Source of the DNA: Utricularia gibba
Lineage: Eukaryota; Plantae; Magnoliophyta
NCBI GenBank assembly: GCA_002189035.1
Contig: NEEC01000002.1
Coordinates: forward strand, 4,898,001-4,962,000
DNA length: 64,000 nucleotides
Reading direction: 5' to 3'
The position numbers and the translations under genes are program-made. Shown here piece after piece: positions 53,626-64,000 of the stretch. The notes beneath the pieces were generated by a model. That model made no database searches. It was not told the DNA's origin and saw only the letters and a program-made list of their open reading frames with translations. Numbering within the stretch: the stretch's first letter is position 1; every line of letters starts with the position of its first letter.

Positions 53626-54973
53626 TGTTAAGTGTCATTTTTTTATTACTTCTTAGGTTGTTTTTATGTTTAAATGTGATTAGAAGTGTCTAATTAGGAG
53701 TCTATAATGTGAGATTTGGGTTTTTATCTAGTTTAGGGTAATTATCCTAAATCTTGTATTTTATATATTAATTTTACTAGTTTTAATTGAGTTTTTCTAG
53801 AGGCGCACACGTGGCAGGAAGTGAGAGAAAGAGTGCATCAGATGGCGACAAATTGGATCTTCCCGAGCTGACATTCCCTTGATTTCCGGAAGACTGCAGA
53901 CGCCTAATCATGAGCCTTGACATGCGGAACACGGGAGTCTCTGACATGCGGCATCATTAGCGTACCAGTGTCAGACGTTGCTTGCAAGTCATCCCAAGTT
54001 CAGCAGAATCATAGGGACACGAAAGCTCAGACTCTCAATGAAGTTCAGTTCTGTTCAGACAAGTTGAGTTTACTTTCAGTTTAGTTTTCCCGTTTGTTTC
54101 TCTCTCTAGAGGATTTTTCCTCTAGCTTCTCTCTAGAACCTTGTTTGCGTTTCCTTTAGTTTGTAAGGCCGTTCGTGGCTAGAAGCTTCCGTTTCTGGGT
54201 TGGAACACCCCCAGATCTATGTATCGTTAGCTTATCTTCACATTTTCTCTGAATCCGAATGGGTTTCGTATGTCTTCGTGCGACCATGTTGCAATCTTTC
54301 TGTAACAGTCCCCTTGTTCAAGGTTCATGGTTAGCTGATCACTACCCGTGGATTTTGGAGAGGAGCAAGGTGGAAAACACCAACTTGAGCCCTTTTGGCA
54401 GGAGGAAGACAACGTTTTGTCTGTGGCTGTACCTCAGGATCAATGGACAGGTAGTGACCTCGTATCTGGACTCATTGGGTCATTGGCAACACTCGGGCAC
54501 ACGCGCGCAATTCGGCCGTGAGGGTACGCTGGCAGGACCTCTTATTCTCACGTTCGTCCAAGGAGGAGCAACATCGGGCTATTCCCGTGCCTTCTTGCAA
54601 GAAAGTGTAAGGGAGGGTAGGCAATTAGTTACTCCTATAACCGCGTACTCGAGAGGACCAGAGAAGAGTGAAGACGCAACGAACATAGTTGGACATGATT
54701 CCAAACCCAGGAACATTTACTTTATTTAAGGTTCATCGCTTATGTTCATTTTAGTTGTTTGCTCAAAACCCCTCTCATTCCCTTACTCAAGCTTCATCAT
54801 CAACGTTTCTCGCACCGTTTACCTTCAAAACCGTTTACAAATCGTGACACTTGTATTCGGGGTGACTCACCTTTCACTCAAAAACAACTCCCTGTGTTCG
54901 ACACCCGTACTATGCTTTTGTGTTTTACGAGTTTTAAAAGTATTAAAATTTGTTGTGGAAACGATACGCATCA
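53626..54973 (+). mobile_element. LTR-like family C insert in the copia pre-integrase region
   Basis: TG...CA termini (TGTTAAGTG...ACGCATCA). The copia frame MTKR|..GHFERA is continuous across it, but no TSD is visible. Confidence 0.7.
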
Positions 54974-56989
54974 AAAGCCTCTTTGTCATTTTCCCTTCAA
55001 GACAAAGGACACAAGTTAGATATGGATCTGAATCGAGATTGCTCAAGATTCCCATACTCCCTAACTTGTTCACTCTATTACTTGAAATATGGCAAAGCCT
55101 CAAATGCCATAGATAACTCACACTACTGAATTCCTTGCAAATCATATGAATTTGAATGACTTTATCCGATGATATTTTGTTGTTATCTTTATTAAGACAG
55201 TATACACCATCTTGTATCAAACCATGCCCAACGAGTTCATTTGCAAAATATATCATATATATATATATATATATAGCTATCCTTAGCAAAATGAAACTCA
55301 TACCCCATCTCAGTCAAATTGAAGATAGAGATTATATTTCGGTAAGCACGCGATAAGTACAAAACATCTTTCAACAACAAAGCATGGTCATCCAATGCAA
55401 CCAAAACCTATCCTAAGGACACCGTAGTAACACTTTCTTTGTCTCCTATCTGAAGAATCACCTTTTTCGATCACAATGACCCTCGATCACTCTTACTCTA
55501 CACATGTGTAATGATGTGAGAACTAGCACCGGTATCTAATACCCAAGTGAGTGACGAGCAATCAAGCACATTCGAAGATGAAGAATGCAAACTTTTTGCG
55601 TTCTCCTTGCCATTACTTTCTTTAATAGACTTAAGGAAATCCGGACAGCTCCTTTTCAAGTGTCCCTTATTTGTGGCAATGGAAACACTTTCTTTTGCTA
55701 CTCGACTCGCCCTTCTCAAGGTCGGTCTGTTTCCTCTTCATGAAACTACTCTTGACTTTTAATTCCTCATTGACCTTCTCTTTGCCCTTCTTTATGAACT
55801 TCTTCTTCTTCTTTCCAACAATGACAATGGAGAACTAGCAAGATCTACATATATTCAAACATACACATCAATCAAGAAGTCACAGACTTCAACTAATTGA
55901 TTGCTACATTCATGTTTATCACATAAACAAAGTATGCACAATGTAATAAATAGAATTATCCTTGTTCTACATCTCCTCAAGTACATATGTTATTCTTGGA
56001 GCATGTAAAACAATAATAAAAAATTTAATTTACATATCTCATATGCAATTCTATCTCTGCTTCTAACATTTCCATTCCCATGCACCCATGCCATTCTTGA
56101 ATAAAATACTAGTCAATTAAACCCATTCAGCAAGCAACCACATAAGCAATTTAATATCTCAGGTACACATGCCATTTTTTATATAAATACACACCATGAT
56201 TTAACAATAAATGAATAATATCACATATCAATCAAAATATTGACTGAATGGAGAGTCAAGAAACATTAATATAAAATGTTTCAAAACTTGATCTTTGAAT
56301 TTGAAAAATAAATTCTGAAGATAGATAATCAAATAAATTTCCAGAAAACCATATTTCCCATTATTTAAACCAAGTCATATATTGAAATTAGCCAATTTAG
56401 AATTTAAAACTCCCACTAAAACTAGAGATGGTTGCTTGAAGAACAAATGGCCTTAGCAACCAAGAATTGATGATCAAAGATAAACCAACGTGTGCAAAAT
56501 ATTGCAAACCTATCGATGATCAAATAGTTGTTAAACCTCGCTTTGATACCACTATCAAGATATGTGCAATGAAAGGTGGGAAAAACAAAAATTTTCCCTT
56601 TTCATAACCAGCGATATCTCATATCGCAAATAGCATCGAAACTGCAATGGCTCTAGCTCGTCCACATGAACTAGAAATCATTTCGCCAAGATTAAAAACA
56701 ACAAATGTGTCTAATACATTTTTCTCAATTTGTGTCTATATCATCTCTTGGTATAAACATCAAATGACACTAATATCTCATATTGACATCAAGACTTGAT
56801 TCAACTCTTGAATCAATATATTGGGAAATGCATCCATATCAATGCTAATATCTTATATCAGCATTGATTCTCAATTCAACTCTTGAATCGACTTATCATG
56901 AAAACACAGTAAAGTCAATGCTAATATCTCATGTTAACATTGACATCTATATCAATGGAAAATATGCTTAGCAAATGGGTTGTACACCA

Positions 56990-57800
56990 CATTCCATATA
57001 TATTGTAAATGCAACATTTATTAAACATCGGGCATCATGACACAATCTACTCATGGTACTCTGCATGGACATTGTTTCATTTTGAAGTATTTGGAACATG
57101 GTGTATTAGGCAATAGTGTTTTGGGCCTGAACATAATATTTAATAACAATGGAGCTCATGAATGTAATTGACAAGACCCGCATGTAGGCATGTATGGCGT
57201 TACACATGGCTGTGAAATTGTGTAACTTGGAAAATACACTTCACAACACAATCTACTTGTGGTGTTTAATGTACAGATGATTGTAACATGAGATAGTTGG
57301 AATGCAGGTGTTCCAAGTAGTGTCTAGGCAAGATATAGTAACTATGAGTTTTCAAGCAATAACCTTATAATACTTTCACAACGAGTGCTTTATCAGAGGC
57401 TGTCCTACTTGCACCAATCGACGAATGTCAGAATCTACATCTCATCCACCAATACTTCTGAAAAGGTCTAGATATCACCTCCTCAAAGCAATGAACAGTT
57501 GTTCGTTGAGTTGTGCTTGTTGGTAGTAGAGAGTATGACATTCTCAGACTATTCATGAATGTTAACATCAAAGAAATTATTAGCAAAAGCATTGTGAGAA
57601 TGTGCATATATACTGATTGGGTTGACGAGAGACTTGTACAATAAAACATCAATGAGTGAATATTCAGCTGATGGTATTTGCCATTAAATCCCTTGTTGGT
57701 ACCCCAAACATAAGTCCACATCTTGAGGCACCAACACAATATTATATATGTAATGACCTTCATCACCAATAGTAAAATCATTCATAAAACATCATAGAGG
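56990..57800 (-). mobile_element. Probable MULE remnant (SWIM zinc-finger-like)
   Basis: Minus frame VDCVVKCIFQVTQFHSHV resembles the SWIM motif VDL...CSC..FQ...PCSH; very degenerate. Confidence 0.4.
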
Positions 57801-59468
57801 CACAATACTGCTTGTAGCACCTGTTTTTGCACAAGAATTTTTTTATGATACCCTCTATACATGTTTTTGCATCCAAAATTCTCAAAAACATGCAAATCAT
57901 TTCTGACACAGTCACATACTTCCTAGGTGTTAATGCAAATCAATTTTTCAAAAAACTGCACAATACACCAAAGCATCTCTACTAATTCTCAAATTCTCAT
58001 TCAATGACCTATTCATATTGTTAACCAATCTATAGCACCAAGCACCAAACATTGCTCTCAAGTGTCTCACATATCAGATCTAAACAAATCTATTACAAAT
58101 TTGAATAAATCTGCTACAGATCTGTAGGAATTCTAACTTTCAAAAAGATTGGTAGATAAATCTGTATTTGCGATGCTTGTGTCTGGTTTTTGGTAGACCT
58201 ACATTCAAAATTACATGAGAATGAGAATAGAATTGAAAACAATGCCCTTGTTTAGCTAAACTGACTACCTTCCCTAGGTTTAGTTAAACCCAACTCGGCG
58301 AGTTCCTGCCGGATATATAGGTAGCAGGTGCATTTATTTTTATTTGCCTGAAACCCACATACCAAACGTGGTTTATCTCTAAACCCACACCGCAATCCAC
58401 CTAAACCACTCAACCAAACGTGGCCTTAGAGTTATCTTTTGCAATCTTTTTTTCCTTCACATTTAAATATGTCGTTGGGTGGCACGATGATAGTGCCATT
58501 AATATAGCCAGCACGTCACTGACTTACAATAAAGTTCCACATCAGATTTTGCCAAATAACAAAAGTTGTCTGCATTCCATCTAAGAATTGTAGCATACAT
58601 ATTGGCCATAACTAATCACATGAAGACTAAAGATTCAATATTTATGACTCATTTTGAAACTAAAGATTCAAACTTTAGAACTAAAAAATTTCGAAGTACT
58701 TCAGAACAATCTACTTACAACAAATTATGAAAAACTAATTCAATATTTATTTATTTATTGAATAAATAAAAAATTCTATATTTATTTTTATTTTCCATCT
58801 TTTACTTTATATTTTTTATGTATTTCACGAGGTCTATAAAAATAAAAAACGGAATGAAGTGCAAACATTAAAAAAAAGAGCAATTTGTAATGTTTTATAA
58901 AACACTCATGTATTATTAAATCAACCTATTAAATATATTTTATCAATCTGCCAAACACCCCTACCAATATTGTTGGTCTTAAATTCATCACACCAGGAAA
59001 CAAATCTAAAGCACATGTTATGTAATTAATGATTGTAATGTAACTTATGAAAATGAATTAGATCCATTATACAGTTTGATTATATATTTAAGTTGATTTC
59101 TTAAAAAATAAATTGAATCATATTCAATTATGTTTTCAAATATCTATAAGTAAAAAAAAATTTAATAAATTAATTCGAATTTCAATCTAGATTAATTCCA
59201 TGGTTTTAAATATTCTATGGTTTTCCGATGGGTCCAATACTTGATCATGAAATTAAAGGTGGCCCGGCCCATAGCAGCCCACCAATGAATCACACACCTA
59301 TGCCCAATAGAGACGTGGAATATTATTAATTAATCAACAAAAAAAAAAGTTTTGTTTGTTCTTATCCATTCCCGAGACCCGCACATGGTTTCCTTTTCCC
59401 CAGCTCCCCATTCTATTTAATGATTGGCACTCAGACACCGACCAGGAAGTGCGAGAAGGCGAAGGGGA

Positions 59469-59696
59469 ATGACGAAGAACGAGAGGGGGGCGAAGAAGGC
59501 GGAGGAGCAGTTGAAGAAGAAGAAGTTGGACCGTCACTCCGGTTCGGGGATGTCCGGTTCGCCCAAGAAGGGAGGCCACGGCGGCAAGTTCACTTGGGCC
59601 GGCGACCGCTTCTCGGAGGCGGAGATGGGGAAACAGGATCCCGTGGATTCCGGTGACCCCAATTACGTCGACCCGGATCCCACCCACCGCGACTGA
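59469..59696 (+). CDS. 75-aa microprotein similar to the PDCD4 N-terminal (ribosome-binding) motif, with no MA3 domain
   Basis: GC-rich intronless ORF MTKNERGAKKAEEQLKKKKLDRHSGSGMSGSPKKGGHGGKFTWAGDRFSEAEMGKQDPVDSGDPNYVDPDPTHRD. TATTTAA at 59414-59420 favours ATG 59469 over 59424. GGCCCA and ACGTGG motifs lie upstream. Confidence 0.8.
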   Translation: MTKNERGAKKAEEQLKKKKLDRHSGSGMSGSPKKGGHGGKFTWAGDRFSEAEMGKQDPVDSGDPNYVDPDPTHRD

Positions 59697-60269
59697 TCTC
59701 AAATCAAGTCAAGGCGCCGCGTCCGCATCAACGCTGCACTTTCTCCTCCCGCTTTCCGTCCGGTGTCTTTTACTTTTTTGTAAATAGTGGGGTGTGCGTT
59801 TAATGAACGTCTGCAGCCATAAAAGAACAACTAAAAGTAACTAATTATATTATTAAATACTAAAACTAATTTCACATAATTCTGTGTGTGATATGTAAAT
59901 TAACAAAAGTTTGGACTATGATGTAAATAAAAAATTTAAAATTGAATTAAAATCTTAAAAATGTTGCAATTTAAAATAAGTAAAAGGTTCCAGAATATTA
60001 CCTCAATTATTTTGCTCCAAAAATATATATTAAATTTCAAAATATCACAATGATACCTTTAGGTTATTCAAAATATTTGTACTTTTTAAAATATTAATAA
60101 TACTATTTATTAAAATAATTCTTTTTATCCAAAACATTGAAAAGCTGAGTAAATTGGTGAAATAACACTTTGCGAAAAAGTATTAACTGAATAACACACG
60201 CCTTAAAAATGTTTGCAAAATAGCATTTTTATGAGTTTTTAATTAATTTTATACAGTATATTTTATTCT

Positions 60270-60578
60270 ATTTTAAAACAAGAAAATATAAAGGTATATT
60301 ATATTTTTATATTTTATTAAAACAAATATCTATAAATAAAATTTAATGCATTATATTTAGTTTTTTATATAAAAAATGTATATGATACTTATTAAAATTA
60401 TCTATATTAATATATATATACATATATAATATTTATTCTATTGTAAAACAAAAAATACAAATGTATATTATATTTTCATATTTTTTAAACAAACATATAC
60501 AAATAAAATTCAATGCATTATACTTTAGTTTTTATATAAATAATATATATGATACTCATTAAAATCATATATATTAAT
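60270..60578. repeat. AT-rich direct duplication (~140-bp units, ~170-bp spacing)
   Basis: 60270-60410 and 60440-60578 align by eye (AAATAAAATT.AATGCATTATA...TATATGATACT.ATTAAAAT). Confidence 0.75.
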
Positions 60579-60823
60579 TATTTATACTAATTAATGACTA
60601 ACTATAAATAGGGAATCTTCTAAATTAAGTACTCCATTGAATGCTATAAGTAATAAATAATATAAGACATTCAAAAAAATAGAGATAGTAACATTTTATT
60701 TAATTTCAGTTTTTAAGAAACTAAAGTTAAAATTTATTGATTTGCAAAAACTAATACAATGCAACTTTTATCATATGTTACGTTATTTAAGGATATGACC
60801 AAAAGTCAAACAAATATTACTTT

Positions 60824-60930
60824 GTATCAAATTATTGTTGCTTTTAATCAATTCATCCAACTTTAAATCAAATCATTGTTGCTTTTAATCAATTCATGCT
60901 TTGTATCAAATCATTGTTTCTTTTAATCAA
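60824..60930. repeat. Three ~40-bp tandem units
   Basis: TCAAAT(T/C)ATTGTT(G/T)CTTTTAATCAAT occurs three times. Confidence 0.8.
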
Positions 60931-62149
60931 TGCTAATCTGACTATACATATTGATCTATGTCCATAAAAGGGTGAACATTCTACTCATTTTCTATCACAA
61001 GCCATCTTGAGTCATAAGTCGAAATAGTGATTTTCTCTTTTCATCAATGGTCATCCTTCGGGTTACTCCTCCTTAAGTCTATAAGGAATGTAACCAACCT
61101 TGGTATTAAAGTCGGGTGCCCCGCCCCCCTTGCTTTCTATAGGATAGATCGCAAGTTTGTTGATCCGTAGTCCCATCCGTTGAAGAGACACAATCCATAC
61201 TTTCTATGTCAACCACCAACATTTGTCTCAATTAGCATCGAGCCTCTTTCTAGAATCTAGCTCTTGCACCTCTATGATCCGACCCTAAATACTCTCTTTT
61301 ATTATCTTGAATTTTACATCTTTTGGGGGTTTTGATGTGTGAAACTCTTATAGCTATTCGAGTTTTCTATAGTAGTAATATAAAAAATGATATATATGGG
61401 CATATGATGTATTCTATTCCTCTAGTAGTATCTTTTCGTTTAAAAAGAAATATTTCTTATAAATCACTTATTCGTCGGATTTATGTGATTATAGATATTG
61501 AACCCACGTAGTACTCCCTTACTTGCTTTCCAGAATTTTTTGAAGGTGAATCAGGCACCACCAATTGCCTTCATATTACATATGTTGGCACACTACAGTA
61601 TTTGTTTCACCCAAATCAGACAAACTTAAGAGTAGACATATTTGTTGAAACTAAAATTATAATTATGCAGCATCAAGCTTTATCTTCAAGAAATAGAGGC
61701 ATGTTCTTTATATATATATTTATATATTTATATATTTATATATTTATATATATAATCATAGATAATTTATCTTAGTTTTGTATGTACTTAAGACATAGGC
61801 CTCCAACTCAATTTGAACCAATTTACAAAACCTCATCCAAGTCAATAACATGAAAGGCCATATGGTTAGTCTCTTCATGCATTTTATAGTTTATAAAGAA
61901 TTCATTTAACATATTTATTCCTCTTATTTATTTTATAAGTACAAATTCTCATTGAATTTGTAGTTTAGAATACTTTACCATTTTTTATATTTATGAAATA
62001 TTGACTTCTCATTTTTCATTCTATCTCCATTTTCAATATTGAAAATTTAAATATTTATTATTAAAGCTTTTTAAATTTTTTATCACATTTATTTTATAAC
62101 CAAGTTTTAACTTTTTGTCAAATTATTCATTTTTTCCTGACAACTCATA

Positions 62150-62560
62150 TCGGGGTAATGGCATTTCTGACCTAAAATTTTGAATTTTTGGCATTTTTGA
62201 CTCATAACCAAATGATCGGTTCGACATATTTGACCTAAATTGGTACCGGTTCCGTATATGTGACCCAAAATATTTTCTAAATTACATATTTGACATATAA
62301 AAAATTTATTGCACGCCATATTTGACTGATAAAAATTTTGTTTTGATACTTTTGACCCATAAAATATTATAACGGTGCATATTTGACCTCACGAAAAGTC
62401 ATAAAACTTTACAACGGAGTCTGTTTGACCCAATAAATTTACTATTGGTCCCATGTACAGGGTTCAGTTGGTATATTTAACACAATAATTTGACATATTT
62501 GACCCTTAAAGTTTAATAAATTGACATTGTTGACTTTTGAAGTTTGCTAAATCTACATAT
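62150..62560. repeat. ~30-bp periodic ATATTTGAC(C) array, probably a MULE-type terminal region
   Basis: ATATTTGAC/TTTGACC recurs near 62226, 62285, 62318, 62350, 62377, 62424, 62495 and 62520. Confidence 0.6.
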
Positions 62561-64000
62561 TTAACATATAAAGTGTGACAAATTAACATAATTAATCCAA
62601 CAAGTTTATCGAATTGGTATAATTAGCCTATAAAGTTTATCAAAATTTTAAAAAAATTAAATACTTTTTGAAATAAATGTTGGTTGATAAGTGCCTTGTA
62701 GGCATGGGCCAGTCAATCTGAATATCCATCGGTTCGACCCGCTACGAGTCGAACGCGTGATTCGTATCCATTTCAAATGGTTACATCGACTTCGACGGAT
62801 ACACGGTTATATATTTAAAAAAAGCTTGGATGTGGGCTAGGGTTTTCAATCTCTAATTATATGAGAAATAATATTACACAAATGGTAGCAAATGAAATAA
62901 ACTTTATAATTAAATATTATAATATTTAATAATTTAGTTACAAAATTCAAGTATGTAAAAAACATACTAATAATATATGCTATTCATAAGAATATTTGTA
63001 TATAATATAAATGAATTTATTATTTTAAATCTATATTTTCTTTACATTAATATTAAATATACTTTTAATTTTGAGAACGAAAATGGTACACATGTGTATC
63101 ATTTTGAAAGAAAAAATGTGAACATTATACCAATTTTTTCTAAAATTCTAATGCAAAAATCTAAACATGGCAATGTCATATATGTATCATTTGATCATTA
63201 TTATTTTTTTAATAAATAAAATAATGTACTCTTTACATCACACATATAAGGATAGAATACATTATTTTATGAGTAAAACATAATAAATAAAATCATGCAC
63301 TCTTTTCTTATAAAACATAAGGATTGAGTATATTATTTTTTTAATAAATAAAATAATGCATTCTTTCATTAGAACATATAAGTATTAAATGTATTATTTT
63401 ATGAATAAAATATAATATAATAAAAAATTACACTCTATCCATAAAAGATATAAAGATAGAATGTTTTTTATAATAAAAATAATGCACTTGATACTTATGT
63501 ACACTATAAAATTTATATTCTTTTATTACATTATTTTTATGAAATTCGTAACTTTGAATATCCCAAACATATCATATAACACCTTAAAAAAATATGTCAT
63601 ACTCCACGCATAGTGACATATGTAATAACCCATGCCCATGTGGAGAGTGGCATACGAGCGTGGTTTGCCGTAACCCATGCGCATGTGCCATACTCCACAC
63701 AGCATGACACACGGACGTGGGTTGCCATAACCCAAGCCATATGCTACCCTCCACTTGCGTAACCCACACCCATATTCCAACCTCCATGCGTGTGTGTCAC
63801 CCTCTATAGTGGTGCAGGTCCTATATGGTATTTTCTATGCCCTTCTACATACTTATATTTATTTTTTTATTAGATGTAATTAGAATGATAATAATAAGTA
63901 TTCAAGTAAATTAATTTTCCAAAAACATAGAAATCATAAGCATATTATGATTGTTCGTATAATGTTTGTTTAAAAATTTAAAGAAGCAAATATAATGCAT

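Larger units (their letters stand above)
48996..56560 (-). mobile_element. Angela/Ikeros-type copia element (Met PBS 56540-56551, gag-pol, PPT, long 3' LTR at or left of 50267)
   Basis: PBS TGGTATCAAAGC; zinc knuckle C...GHLKRSC and WVLDTGASSHI; CLEGKMTK; ACYIL.RVPSKSV; SEMNSIYSNQVW; CNGGAIDWKSSK; EPRSH..SKHIERRYH; PPT AAGTGGAAGA followed by TGTTAGAAG. Left LTR boundary approximate. Confidence 0.88.

Noticed and set aside
58410-58428. Tourist/PIF-like TIR (CCAAACGTGGCC plus TTA)
   Set aside because: No matching left TIR could be found by eye, so the element cannot be delimited.
59424-59468. Upstream in-frame ATG giving a 90-aa version (MALRHRPG...)
   Set aside because: It lies only a few bases after the TATA-like TATTTAA, so it is probably upstream of the transcription start; ATG 59469 is preferred.
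59334-59702. Antisense 122-aa and alternate-frame 78-aa ORFs
   Set aside because: Shadow ORFs of the GC-rich microprotein gene, with no recognisable motifs.

Overview
Flowering-plant nuclear DNA, AT-rich and dominated by decayed, nested transposons. Four host genes are supported: a 7-exon ferroportin/IREG metal exporter (8552-10578, +), an intronless P-class PPR gene (27635-28870, -), a calmodulin-like EF-hand gene with a 1-nt frameshift before EF-hand 4 (39514-40046, -), and a ~75-aa microprotein (59469-59696, +). The microprotein resembles the N-terminal ribosome-binding segment of PDCD4 but has no MA3 domains, and it is the most interesting item. The remainder is TE debris: Athila-type, chromoviral gypsy, several copia, PIF/Harbinger, hAT, MULE and probable L1 remnants. 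Five solo LTRs carry perfect 5-bp TSDs and one carries a degenerate TSD. A three-level nested insertion stack at about 10.7-25 kb can be reassembled by hand. All assignments come from motif recognition by eye; no database searches were run.
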